DNA from: Takakia lepidozioides
Taxonomy: Eukaryota > Plantae > Bryophyta
Length of the DNA stretch: 64,000 nt
Reading direction: 5' to 3'
Assembly: GCA_030704615.1 (NCBI GenBank)
Contig: CM060734.1
Coordinates: forward strand, 22,444,001-22,508,000
The notes beneath the pieces were generated by a model, which did no database searches, was not told where the DNA came from, and was given only the letters and a program-made list of their open reading frames with translations. The position numbers were made by a program, and so were the translations under genes. Below are positions 38,001-51,376 of the stretch, piece by piece (the first letter of the stretch is position 1; every line of letters starts with the position of its first letter).

Positions 38001-38230
38001 TCCTCATCGCAGGGAGGGAGCCAGGGGGTAGAGCTATGGCGGCGGAGGTCGATGGTGCTGGGGCGATTGTTTGCTGGCGTAATCCAGTCTGACAAACGCC
38101 AAGGAGGAGCTCAAAAGAAGCGCTATGACAAAGCAGTAAAAGACATTGCTAGAGCAAGGGGTGGGGCGGTGAGACCAACGTGTGAGAGCACTTAGAGAGG
38201 TAGCAGAGGCCATGGCGGCTGCCATGGTTA
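32091..38230 (-). mobile_element. Degenerate non-LTR retrotransposon (LINE) region: APE endonuclease and a possible ORF1
   Basis: ORF 32320-33153 has ITWNV, LLQETK, GGVA, LYMP, LAGDFN (APE motifs). The 421-aa ORF 36742-38007 is only tentatively ORF1; extent uncertain. Confidence 0.7.
35680..36010 (-). pseudogene. PLS-class PPR gene fragment
   Basis: YTALVDIYANC..ACQVFDHM..VPWNAIIIGHAHNG..ALKVYEQM..DSVTFTSILS..ALEHGQQIHA. Confidence 0.85.
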
Positions 38231-38502
38231 AGTATAGAGACGCTGGTAGATAAGCGGGACCGCTGATCTGGAGAGCTTAGGAAGACGAGGAGATTAGGGA
38301 TTTGGCATAACCCATAACTAGAACCTTGCTAAGACGTAGACAAGATCATGGTGGGCGGGTGGGAGGGCGGGGAGCGCCGCTGCACCCCTGCGAACGAGTC
38401 CTTAGTGTTAAAATTGAGGCCAGATCCTATGCCGACCATACCTTCCAGGTCCTTATCTTGAGGCTCGGGCAAACCCAGGGAATCTCCCGTGTGAGCAGCT
38501 CA

Positions 38503-40198
38503 GGGGATCACGCTTTGCGTGGTAAATGTGAGCAGAATCCCTAAAGTGTGAGTAGATTGTAAGCGTGAACAGATTAGTGAAGCGGAGCCTACAACCGAGG
38601 GAAAAAGAGGGCCTATTGTCGTGGTCGCTAAGGACACAAACTCCTCTCCATGAGACCCAAGAATCCGTGCTTCCTGACGACAATGTGGTACAAATGTACT
38701 ATGAAAAGCTGCCGGATGAATGAATTTGTGATGAATGAAAGAAGGGAAGGGATGAATGTTGGATGAAAAATTGGCCTGATGAATGAACCATGGATGACTG
38801 CTACAACATTTATCCTTATCAACATGTACGCAGGGAACAGGCATTAAGAGCATCTCCAATGGGGGGTCCCTAAATGCCCCTGCAGCAAAGGAGCCCCCGG
38901 CCTTGGTATCCGCGCCCCCGGGGCCCGCACTTTCGTGGAGGATAGAGGCATGACAACCCGGCCGGTACCTGCTGGAACGACTAAAAACACGACTGCCTGC
39001 ATTTATGGCGTGAGGGTAAGGCAGCGTCAAGGCAGCGTCAGTCGAGGTGGTCCCTCCAGAACAAGGCACGTCAGCCGAAAAGACATGTGCAAGGTAGTTT
39101 GATGGGGTTGCCGTTGGGGGAGGGGAGTGTTGGAGGCCGCAGGAGGTTACCGTTGCACGGTTGTTTGGTGTACCCCGGTGGAGATGCTCTAAGCTCTCCT
39201 CAACGCCAGCTTAATTCGCAGCCCGTGTTAGCACATGACAATTCAACCGATGAAAGAAAGAAAGAAATGATTCCAAAAAACCTTACGATAAGCATCTATG
39301 TGCAGAGATACAGACATTAAGGTGGCGTCAACGCCAGCTTAATTCCGAGCCCCTGTTGGCACATGACAATTCAACCTACGGAAAAAAACCTTAGTGGTAA
39401 GCATGTGTGTGCAGGGGCTTGGGATTAAGGTGTCGTCAACGCCATCTTAATTCCCAGCAAGTTTTCAAAAAATAATTAAAAAAAATCGTTTTTTGTTTTT
39501 TTTTTTTTTTTCTTCCCTGATTGTGCTAGATTAAGGTGTCGTCAACAACATCTTAATTCCCAGTACGAGTTGGCACATGACAATTCATGGAAAAACCAAA
39601 AACCCCAAAAAATTTCACCCAAATTTTTTTGATGACGAACAAGCATTGGCGGTAAGGCGGTGTGTATGCAGGTGCTGGGGATTAAGGGTCGTCAACGACA
39701 TCTTAATTCCCAGTACGTGTTTTGAAACGTTTATTTATAAAGCACAAGTTCACCTCTCTACCTTCTTTAGATTTGGGTGTGAGCCTCTCTCTCAACTTTG
39801 GATACTGGAAAAATGACAAGTAACCCCTCCTCAATCAACAAAGCAATGTGGATTCATTGTTGGCAATATATACTGCACTTTCATAATTGATTTGCAAGCA
39901 AGACTAGCATGGTTTAAAGGATTTCGGAGCTCAGGGGATTTGGGAGCTACTACTACAAAACAACTTTGTATTATTTCACTTATTTCATTCATCTATGTCT
40001 CATTCATCATATAGACATTCATCCGCCATTCATCCCTCATCCATCCAAGCAGCATCCATAACCGAGCTTGTAGTACTGGCCACTCTGCGCAGTAATAGGT
40101 CTTCTAAGTCGAATAGGCGTCCGCGGTTATAGGTGAGCAGATCTTGAAGCGTGAGCAGAATTCTGCTCACAGGATCTGCTCGCAGAGTAGCATCCCCC
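38503..40198. mobile_element. Non-autonomous TIR DNA-transposon-like insertion inside the L1
   Basis: Ends GGGGAT.../...ATCCCC(C); GCTCA on both flanks; subterminal GTGAGCAGA repeats at both ends; internal repeat array. Confidence 0.7.
39200..39720. repeat. Five ~105-150 bp-period repeats with palindromic core TTAAGGTGTCG-TCAA-CG(C/A)CATCTTAA
   Basis: Cores near 39200, 39317, 39425, 39531 and 39682. Confidence 0.8.
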
Positions 40199-42339
40199 GC
40201 TCAAACCTGGGGCTCTTTCAAGAGCAAAAAGAACAAAGGATGAAAATGCAAGCTGGGATAAACTAGTCAGCCAAAGGAGAGAAAATGTCTAAGTATTTCT
40301 TCCAGAAGATTAAGCTTCGAAGAGCCATGCAATCTATCCCTGAGCTGTACATTGATCAAGCAGGCAATAAATCCTCTAATCCCAGAGAGCTATGTGCTAT
40401 GGCCTTTAGCCATTTCAGCTCTCTCTTCCAGGCAGACCATCGGCTCTGACTATTCTACCCTGCTGGACTCTTGCCTTCGTTCGACCCCAAACAGACTGTC
40501 TGCTGACAAAGGTCTAGCCTTGTTTGGGGTCTTCACACCTATGGAATTGGAAGAGGCCCTTCATCAGATGAGCAATGGGAAAACTCCAGGTTTAGATGGG
40601 TATGTCAGTCGGTTCTCGGGTTTCCTCTCCTTGCTCTCCCCAGAGATTGTTACCATCCAGGCAAGGCAGGTCTCTCTAGCACGCATCTGCCACTGGTCCT
40701 CTAAATTCAAAGACTTCAACCCCTCCCTCCCGGCAGGGGAACATTCTTCCATGGCTGAGAAGTAACTTTTTTGCTTGGATTGATGGCCTACCTCTCGGGA
40801 AGCTCCAGCTTGACCTAGCCAAGTGGCAATGGGAATTTGAAGGCTCTCTAGAGTCTTTCTTTGCATATTATGCTAAGAAAGCATACAGGGCTCTCCTTCA
40901 ATCCAAACCTTTGCTCAAAAAATGCAACAAAAAGTGGGACCATTATCTATTCAGAGACGAAAATTGGAAATGTATCTGGGGTCTCATCTGGGAGAAAGCT
41001 AAGCCATCCAAAATTAGTGCGTTCTTATGGCAGATTGCGAACAGGGTCCTAAAGGTGGGTCGGTTCCTGGACTGGTAAGGGAACACCCTCTATGGTTGCT
41101 GCACTTCCACCACTGTAGAAACTCTGGAACACTGCCTCTTGCAGTGTGTGGCCCCTTCGGCCATTTGGCCCCTTGCCTTACAATTCTATTCTGAATGGGA
41201 GTGTATTGCCCCAGACCCAATTGTTCTCCTACTGAACTATTAAAAAACAGGGAAGGCCAAGGCTGTTGGATGTCCTGTTTTTGAAGTCCTTTGTTCGGCC
41301 ACCCTCTGGCAAACATGGAAAGCCAGATGCAGTTGGGCATTGGACAATCAGAACTCATCTCTTACAAAGATCCTCACTTTGGTCTTCAATGACCTCACCA
41401 TTGCTGCTAAACTTGCCTGGGCGAAATTGGGTGCAGAGTACGACAAACGCCCAGAACGTGGTCCAGCACTCCTTGCCTCCTTCAGACGATCTTGGGGGAA
41501 TCGGGGGCTCATCTGCTCCTGCATCGACATCGACACCTGTTTATGGGCATGAACAATTCCCCATATCTGGCAGCAACAAAGAGCCCCCCTCTTCGGCCTC
41601 CCCTGACTATGAAAGATCATATCGAAACTGGAACTAGCACATCAAGACAGCCCGCGTGAAGTCCAAGCTTCATTTCCACCAGTAGATAGACTACCTTCTC
41701 ACTGGCTTCTTGTTTGTCACCTTACCCTACACTAGTATCTGGCTCCCGGCCCTGATCTAAGGTTATTCGAGGGTCTCCCCCTCCATCGCTCTATGTTTAT
41801 CTCTCCTTAATTCTACTTGTATTGAGGAGGTCGACTGTCTCAGGTCCACTATACCCAGGAATCTCCTACACTGCATGTCATGTGTTAGGCCTCATGGCAG
41901 CCCTCGGGCCTGTAAAGGGTTTAATGTTTTCCCTTCAAATAATTCCAAATAAAGTTGTCAGAGCCACTACCCCCTGTTCCTTAAAAAAAAAAAATTAAAA
42001 AAAAAATCCCAAACAATTGTTGACAAATGACTCACTTTCTAGAATATCAGAAAGAACTAATTTGAAGCCATGCATTCCAAATTGGCCGCTTCCATGCTTC
42101 AGATCCATGAATGAAGGGCCTGGGCCTGGATACTCCTTGCACAAGGAGGGAGACGGCCAGCTAGATGCGTTGTAGTAGGTTTAGCTGTGACTGATAAAGC
42201 CCATTGTAGCAAACTAATAGGCTCTTACTTACACTGGCATAATTGTAAAATTTCAATATATATATATATATGGTCTTGCCCAAGCAAATGTAACTTCTTA
42301 TGGTGTCACTTGACCAGAAGCCTACTTCCGATGGGGAGG

Positions 42340-43066
42340 TGTCGCGCACCCTACTTCGGTAAACTCCCCTTCAAGTCATAGTTACTCGCTTTGATGCGCG
42401 CGCCTGACTCCCAACCTGGCCGCCCGGGCCAACTTGGAGCTTCGGCTGCTCACCGGGACATAACGGTCCCCTTTCGCTTCCCTCTAAAACCCTCCACCTA
42501 ATTGGGACTAGGAGAATTCACTTTGGTAGATGGCAGTCCGGAGCAGCTCCCCACTCTTTGGTCGCTTTCCGGCTCGCTCGCTTACTCACTAGCTTTTGGT
42601 CACCAACGGGCTTGCACCGTTCTCGGGGTTACTACTCCCTATATATACTTCTGTAGCTGTCCGCGGGGGTTTCACAACCAGCCATGCCATTTTATGGCGA
42701 ACCACCATGAAGACCCTCGATTCCCGGTGGTGAGTCGCGGTGAGTCTTGGCCCGCTCACCACGGCCCCTATGGACCGTGATGAGTCCCAAGACTCCCCAC
42801 GACTCCCACCACGAGATCTCCGCCCCCATGGTGAGTCCTATGCCACCCCCACTAAGTCCCACTAAGCTACCACCACCCCTTGTGGAGCCACCCCCACCGC
42901 AACCCGGTGTGCGGGGCTCCACCTAGTGAGCGCCTCCGCTTCTCTGAGTGCCTTGGGCACTCAAGGGTGCCTCGGCCCCCCATACCTATCGCTGCCGCTG
43001 CCCCCACCACAGGGGCAGCCCCTCATGTGTCCCGACCCCCTGCCCTCAAGGCAAAGGGCAGCGACA
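42340..43066. mobile_element. Solo LTR (727 bp), same family as 8077-8788
   Basis: TGTCGC...GCGACA termini; 5-bp TSD GGAGG at 42335-42339 and 43067-43071. Confidence 0.92.
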
Positions 43067-44109
43067 GGAGGTGGACACCTTTACGACATTTGACACACTT
43101 GTATGGTTTTGAACCCACAACCACAAGTGAAATGGCTATTATGCTATAATATATATTGGCCCAACCGCTGTGATTGAAGGGTTGAACCCTCAATCTATTT
43201 TTTTTTGGAGGAAAATTTTTAACCACCGATAATGTAGTAGAGCAGATAGCCCAGTAATTTGTACCTTTGCCTGTGCATAACCTGGGTGATCTAGGTTTCA
43301 AATTGTCGACTTTCCAACGGAAGGCAGTATTGAAGAGACACCATAATTTGCGCTTCTTTCAATTTTTTCAATTTTTTTTCCGGCATTATTTTCCACCCTC
43401 ATGATTTGGGTCCTGCTACTTTGCTGCGTGTGGTAACTTACATCGTCTGGATTCGTGGCCACAGATCGTGACTTATATGAAAGGGGATATTTTCCCCACT
43501 CTTCTTCAAATCTCATCTTTGAAAAAAGACTAGAGCTTCGCGATGCTCCGCACTACCAGTGACGAATGGTAACTGAGTACTGAATGGAGGAGAGAGATAG
43601 AACAGAAAAGTTATAAGATTTATGATTTTAACATAGCGTATATGAGAGCCGATATAATTGCTATTAGAAGGGGTGAGGGAAATAAATTCACTAAGTTTTT
43701 ATTAATGAAGAAAGAACATAGCAAAAGTTTCCGAAATATAAGGTGGAGAGGGAAGGGAATGGAATAAAAACTTTATAAAATATTTACAAATATACAAAAT
43801 TGTTTAAAAATATCATGTCACAAGGGGCTTTATCAAATGTTTGTCTATAGAGACTATTGATGCTAAAGAGTTAAGACTGATTGGGCAGCTGAAAAGTGAA
43901 GCACATATCTCAAATGCGGGTTTTGGATTGTAGGCAGAGATTTTATGACTAAAATGAGCGTGTGCTGAACTTGTAGAATAATGAAATTGAGTCCCGTTGA
44001 GAATATGTGCCCACATATTTTTGTTCATTCTGGGTGCATCTTATGGGGCTGACAAAGTATGGCTGGACAATGGGGAAGTGGCATCCTATTTCTATGCTAG
44101 CCGTCAACC

Positions 44110-44215
44110 AAGTTGTAGCCGAGTGGTAATGGGCACATACCACCTCGGAAGTGGTTGTGAGTTCAATCCACCCTTGGTGTCACAAAGGTGTCCACCTTCA
44201 TAGCGGAAAGGCATT
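44110..44215 (+). mobile_element. tRNA-derived SINE-like head; related inverted copy at ~43070-43140 interrupted by the solo LTR
   Basis: Pol III A-box TAGCCGAGTGG (44116-44126) and B-box GTTCAATCC (44161-44169); shared AAAGGTGTCCACC motif; no clean cloverleaf. Confidence 0.5.
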
Positions 44216-45418
44216 AACCTTTCCGGGTGAAGAGACACCATAATTTACGCTTCCTTCGAGGCGTCAAATATTATTATTATCTATGCTAGCCTCTACACAT
44301 GTCCTCATATTTCACACATTCGAACATGGCTGCCCTCCGTTTCCATTGGCCGGTCCAATCTTCTCACTGTTTTTGACCTCAAGGAATACCCCTGCGAGGA
44401 TTTAGGACCCTTATTTATTTATTGGACGGTTTATGGCGAACAGCAGGCACAATTAGTGATTTTATTTTATTTTATGTTTTCTTCCACTCAGATTCACATA
44501 TCCCTTAGTCTGGTGTAATTTTTTCAATATTAATTGAACCCACAAGAGCTTCCTTCACAAGATTTTGGGTCCAAATTTGAGATATTGGTCGGCTGCTGGA
44601 AGCAAGAGAAAAAGACGTTCACTTTTCTTGAAAGTGAAATTTAGAAGAGCTTTCGGCGTGTTTGCAATCAGCAGCTCAAGGAGTTATTGAGAACACTGGA
44701 GTCATGCCAGCGACCAGCACCTGCTTCCATGTACAAGCAGGATCAGTGATTGTTGCATGAGTTTATGGACGATTGTTTGATACATGCTCCCAAATCTGGT
44801 CTCAAACTACAGCAATTGTGTTCTGAAGTGGGTGGAGTAGGTGGACTGTCCCCCAACCTTGAACTCCATGCACGAACTTGATGTTGTAGTGGAGTCATGC
44901 CGCATCAATCAGTAACAGAATACCCAAATACCATTACAATCACTATGTGAACTTTCAAGCAGCCGCCATGGGATTGGATCCTGGTGGGTTAAGGCTAGCT
45001 TTCGACAGCATCCATGCAAGTTAGTCAGGGCTCTATCTGAAGCAGCACCGCAGGAAACATGTCCAAATTTAAGATGCTGAACTAACTTGCGCACAGGGCT
45101 GCCCCTCTAATCACATTACAAATTGTATGCACTCCCATCTTCAAGCTCTGGAGAAGCTCCACCACCCACACCAGAATTGGGACAGCACTCTGATCTCCTT
45201 CCGCTAGAATCAGAGTCAGTCAGAATCCGTCCTTTAGTCAAGTGCAATTATGGGCTTACTTCCCACTTATGCTGGGTAATTTCCTGTGGATGTCACACAG
45301 GAAATGCCCTCAACAGTGCATCACGGTCAATATTCTCAGGAAATGGTGGATGAATTGAGTAGCTGCACAGATCAATGAATGAAGCAAGACACTCGCACCT
45401 TTCCAGAAAAACATCTTC

Positions 45419-48400
45419 TCACAAGTAATCCCCACAGGAACAAACCCCATCTTCGAAATGGTGAAAGCAGTTAGCGTCCGGTACAACAATTGCTCGGCCA
45501 ACAATCTTTGAGATGAATTTGGTGGAGGTGTGGCAGTCACCACACACCCGAAGATTCTTGATGAGACGGAGAGGCGTCCCATATGCTTATGAGCCCAAAA
45601 CCAATGGCCAGCTTCTCACTGTGGAGGCAAAGAGAAAATTCCTTTTGCTGCTCCCCCACCTTGAAAATGGTGAAAGCAGCTGGCATCCCTTACAACAACT
45701 GCTCGCCCAACAATCTTCGAGATAAACTTGGTTGTGGAGTGGCAGTCCCCCCACACGCGAAGGTTCTTGATAATACAAGTAAGTGTCCCAAGGGGTGTGC
45801 TAATCAGCCCAAAAGCAACGGCCAGCTTCTCGCTGTGGTTGCAACAGAAAAGTCTTTCTGCTCCTCTTCATATCATCCAATATAGAGTGCGTTACATGTG
45901 CATATCCAGCCTTCTTAATCTGCAGAGACCACCACTTCAGCTCAGCATGGATATTCTCAACTTCTGGATGTGATTTGTCTTCTACGAGGAATGTATGCAC
46001 CCTGTTGTTGACCTCAGTGGAGCTGTTCCTTCCGAACACCCCTAACTTCCATCATTTTCCTGACCTTTTGTTTGTCATCCCATCTGCCAGTCACAGCATA
46101 GATGTTTGACAGCAGCACATAAGTTGCAGCGTCCTCTGGATCACTCTGGAGAAGATATTTTGCGGCACGTTCAGCTACCTCCAAATCACCATGAACCCTG
46201 CAGCACCAAGTAAGGCCTTCCATGCCGCAGCACCTGGTTTGATTCTCATTTTGTTGATGAAGTCTTCTGCCTCAACCAATCGTCCTGCGCGGCCAAGGAG
46301 GTCCATCATGCAGCCAAAATGCTCCACTTTGGGAGTGAGCCCATGATCCCAACTCATGGAATCAAAGTAATGGCAGCCTTCATCCACCAGGCCCGCACGA
46401 CTACATGCAGAGAGAACATATGTAAAGGTGATACTGCTCGGCTTCATGCCTTCTTGTTGCATTTGTCAAACAGTTGCAGAGCCTCTCCGCCACACCCATA
46501 CTGAGCATATCCTGCAATAATCGCACTCCATGAGACCACATCCCGTTCAACCATGTTGTCGAACACTTGGCGTGAATGTTTCTGCAAGCTCCCACATTTG
46601 GCATACTTGTTAACGAGGGTATTCTCGAGAATGCTGTCTGTCAGTATTCCAGCTTTAATGATGTCCGCGTGGACCTATATGCCCTTTTCCAGGGCTGCCA
46701 GGCTGGCAGCCGCCTTCAGAACACAAATAAAGGTGACCTTATCAGGCAACACATCTTCTCGTATCATCTGCTCATAGCTCTCGAAAGCCTCCCTACCACA
46801 CCCCTGTGGAGTGAGACCACATTCCGTTCTATCATTTTGTCAAACACTTCACGGGCATCCTTCATTCTCCTGCATTTGGCATACATGTCAATGAGGGTTG
46901 TCTCCAGAATGACTCAGGGAATCGAAGTAGCGTCTTCCTTCATTCAGTAGGCCAGAGTGGCTGCATGCAGAGAGGACACATTTGGTATAATTCCAGCTCT
47001 GATGATGTCGCCATGGACCTCTTTGCCCTTTTCCAGGGCTGCCAGGCTTGCACACGCATTGCAATGCACACAAACGGGATGTGGTCGGGCTTCACCCCTT
47101 CCTCCATCATTTGCTCATAGGTCTCCAAGGCCTCCATCCCGCGCCCCATGTACATATCCTGCAAGCATGGCGTTCCACAACACCAAATCTCGTTCAGCCA
47201 GAGTGTTGAAAACTCCCTCCGCATCCTCAATGCTCCCACATCTGGCAAACATGTCCACCAGGGCAGTGTTCAGGATCACATCTGGTACAATTGCAGCTTT
47301 GGCGATGAAACCATGCACCTCTTTGCCCTTTTCCAGGGCTGCCAGGCTTGCACACGCACTGTAAACGTAAACAAACGCGATCTGGTCGGGCTTCACCCCT
47401 TCCCCCATCATTTGCTCATAGGTCTCCAACGCCTCCATCCCGTGCCCCTGCTATGTATATCCTGCAAGCATCGCCCTCCACGACACCACATCTTGTTCAG
47501 CCATACTGTCGAACACTCCCTCCATACGTGTCCACTCCTCTTTCAGAAGCTGTGGTCATGGTTGAGGTGCCTGATTTTATCAACTGTGCAGCTGCAGCTG
47601 CTGCCTTTAGTTGAACATCTACCCATGCAGGTTTCTTGTAGCTACTGATCCATATGGAATCATAGGTAATCTGGGCTTGAAGTCCAGCCCTCTTGGATGA
47701 ATCTGGACCCACACTCTATCCCTGCTCCTTCAGCTATCCATGCCTCTGCACAAATCATGCACACATCCTTGCCTTGCTGCTAGCAGCTGACAATGACAGC
47801 CTAGATTTGTTCTAGGGAACACCCAACTCAACTTATCACACTAGTTCCTATGCTCAATTGCATCTGCTACTCTCTGTAATCCAACAGGCATTCACCTTTT
47901 TGCCTCGATTGTCTCACCGTTGACTGGGGGTCAGAAAAGTATTCATTCCACAGCTTCTCCTCGTCTCTGTTACCTGTTTCTGGATATTTCCCTGTTGTCA
48001 CATTGGCAGTATCATGTCAAAGTCACTCCAAACTATCAAAGATTCACTTCAACATGAGATTTAGGGCTGATTCTGATAAGAGGGAAAAACAGGGTGCAAT
48101 GTGTTGAAGAAGATGCCTTCATTAGCATTGGTTTTTATCAATTGTGCCCTGCTGCTGCGGCTTCCAGTTGACCATCTACTGGCATGCAGGTTTCCAGACC
48201 TTTCATCTTGATGCACTTAAGCAAGAGACAGACAAACAATCTGCTGAAATGCCTCCTACATTTGGCATACATGTCCACGAGGGTATTGTTCAGAATGACA
48301 TCTGGTACAATTCCAGCTTTCGCGATGCAACCATGCACCTCTTTGCCCTTTTCCAGGGCTGCCAGGCTTGCACATGCATTGCAAATGCACACAAACGTGA

Positions 48401-48710
48401 TGTGGTTGGGCTTCACACCTTCCCCCATCATTTGATCATCGGACTCCAAAGCCACCATCCCACGTCCCTGCTGTGCATACCCTGCAAGCATCGAGCGCCA
48501 CGACACCACACCTTGTTCAGCCATAGTGTTGAAAACTCCCTTCGCATCCTTGGCGTGAATCCACTTTGGATAATGTGAGTGTGCACCTGCTTTCCAGCTT
48601 CCAGACCTTTCATCTTGATGCACTTAAGCAAGAGACAGACAAACGTATCTGAATCTGCTGAAATGCCTCCTACATTTGGCATACATGTCCACGAGGGCAT
48701 TGTTCTGCGA
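45419..48710 (-). pseudogene. PLS-E-DYW PPR RNA-editing factor pseudogene
   Basis: Repeated ACASLAALEKGKEVHG and LVDMYAKC; HFGCMMDLLGRAG; TYVLLSNIYA; HSEKLA; [10 protein letters not shown]; ends CSCGDYL*; many frameshifts. Confidence 0.93.
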
Positions 48711-51376
48711 ATTGCTTGGTCTGCATGCAAACACATTAAACATAACTGTTTGGCGTCTCATAATTGCGTGACCTAACTAGAAATGTTGGTTTAGGCGCTC
48801 TCTCTCTCTCTCTCACACTCTCTCTTCAGTGGGGCAAATCACACAAAGCAAATTGATGCTTGTGTAAAGAGATTTCTAGAGGATATCTGGAAAACTCGGA
48901 TCAATTGTCTGTTCCAAGGTAAGACATACTACCGGCGTCAGCCCGTAACAAAGGTAGTTTCTGTTCCTTTGTGTTCCGCTCTTATCAGTACATTCTCTCT
49001 CCCTTCAGTGCCATCACAGAAGGGACCGACACAAAAGAGTGAGCTCAAAAATGCTTCACTTCTTGGATTTCAAAGCGGGATTTCCGTGTTTGCCTGAAAG
49101 AATCCAGTGATCTTGTTTCCTGGAGCCTGGATCGCTCCGACGCCCGCAACCAACTGAATGCTCCATAAAAAGAGTTACGAGTCCATACCTTTCTTCAATT
49201 CCCCTGCCATTGAGAAGCCGCATCTCCATTGCACAACCATCAATCTGTCCGCCTTCACATCTTTCAGCATCATTTGCTCGCACATCCCCAAACCCTCCAT
49301 TCCACACACCTGTCGCGCATACGATGCAAGTGCGCGGATTTGACGAGAGAAAGAGAGCCTATTCTCGCCTCTGCTAAAACCAGTTCCAACTTTGTCGTCA
49401 TTGGAATAATGATAAAAGGCTAGAAATCACCTGGAGTGAAAGATGACAGTAAACCGTGGATGAATATGGAGTTTCGTCCACAGCCCGAGGTGGCGATGGC
49501 GGTGATGAAGCTCGGCAGGCACACGGGCACCACGACCACAGCTAGGGCCGCGCTCTAGCTGCTCTGTGGCCGCCTCAAGCCTCTTGCAGTCTGCCATGTG
49601 TGCACAGGATTGATATCACGGTGGCTCACTGGGATCCTGTAACTTCCGCTTCACTGCCAACCCTTCCTTGTGTGGATTGCATCTAGGGTTCTGGGCCAGT
49701 CGCTTGTGACTACATTCTATGCGCGTTGTGGATTGTAGCTTGCGGCTGATTGTTTCATATTTCCTCAGATGCTCCCAATTCATGTAGGTTGGAGTGTTCG
49801 CGGGGTGTGATTGTTGTTGGGAGGTCCGATCTTCACTCGTTGTCATGACCTGAGTACCAAGAAAGTAGGTGCTAAGGAGGTCGAAGTGAAGCGTGTCTGC
49901 AATTAAGGAAGGTGAGTTACAATTTGCTCGATTTCCGTTTGTTTGTCTGGTTAGTCGGTTGTCCGACGGATTGAAATTCGATCTGTGAGGTACTGCATGG
50001 AGTCTTGTCTCCTACCTTCCTGCACTTGAACTTCTGGTTGTTTGTCTGCATTTGAGTTTCATAAAAATCACGAAACCGACGAGTGTCATGTACCCCTCTT
50101 TCCAGGATTGAACTCTGTGTTTTCTTGGCATTCTGATAGCGTGTACAACATCGTCCCCTCATATGCATCATAATCCCTTAACAATACTGGATGATTGTGT
50201 ATCAGAATTCATTTTATCCCAATTTTGTCTTTGCTAATTCATGCTCAGCGACTTTACCTGACTCAATTTAGAGAGGTTTGATTTGTAGATTTATTTGGAA
50301 TGCGGTATCATCACATCAAATGGGGAATGGCAGGGATGTTATAAGATCCATAACAGTCGCGAGGTGGCATCATGCTGCATGGATTGCACCTGGAGTGCAA
50401 TGTTAGATAGCGTCCAGGGCCAGTTCTTTTATCTTCCAAGCTCCTTTGCACGTGGCGCAGACATTGCCAGACCATGAACTGGACACGCATATGGCATGAC
50501 TACGTATGATCCTCACGTCAGTGGAAATTACTATGACTGCGGTCCTTTCAGTATGGATCAAACCGTATTTGAAAGGGAATTTCACAGGTACTACATCTTT
50601 GATTCACTGGCAGGAAGTATTTGACCTGAGTGTGGCTAGTGGCCATACTTGCAAATAATTCAGTAAACATTTGAATTCTTTGCTCAGAAAGTTAGCCTCA
50701 AGACCATCGACATTGCAAATGCCAGTTTCCCAGTCTAGGGACAGATCCATAGGGGATTCACCAATCTTAATCAGAGATGGAGTACAATCCTCTACACCCA
50801 TTTTTAGAGAAAATTTCATAGAACTCCTCCCCAATAGCCTTCTTTTCTGTTTGCATTTACCTTTCACACTCACCTTTGGTTGAGCAAGCACTCACAGTCC
50901 TCTTCATGGAGCCGAACAACAGGTTCTTCCACAATGCTCTGTCTCTCATGTGAGAAATATCTTTGTTGTGATTGGTTTATGGAACTGGATTGGTTGCAGT
51001 TGAGCTTGGACTGTCACAAAGTTGGAGGAAGGGAATTTGTGAGCTATGTGCTAGCTACAAGTGAGATATCTTGACATCGGGCAGACAAAGATGGGTTGGG
51101 AGAATCATGGACAGTCAAGCTGCAGAGGCCTTGATATTGTCTCTAAGAACCAGAAGGTTACTGTCAGCCTGATGCTTTATGTGGTGTATAGTTATTGACA
51201 TCATTTGGAATCTGACGTGTGCTGTTTCTTTGTCTAGGCACTCTTAGTTGCATCCATCTTGAGTGCAGTGGCTTCCTTCGATAGGTCCATAAAGATTCCC
51301 ACCTGTCTGTGTGCTGTGTTGGCCCGCATCAAGGCCTGTTGTAAAGGCATTAGGGTTTGGATGGGTCTCCTGCAGC

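Larger units (their letters stand above)
38400..42006 (+). mobile_element. L1-like LINE 3' remnant (ORF2 fragments, C-terminal Cys/His finger, poly-A)
   Basis: GEKMSKYFF, ELEEALHQMSNGKTPGLDG, FLWQIAN, ETLEHCLLQC; AATAAA at ~41948 and A-rich tail 41983-42006. Confidence 0.8.

Noticed and set aside
39200-39720. CRISPR-like array
   Set aside because: Spacers are similar to each other and uneven, repeats are degenerate, no cas genes, eukaryotic context.
44110-44190. Functional tRNA gene
   Set aside because: A and B boxes are present but I could not form acceptor and anticodon stems; a diverged second copy suggests a SINE.
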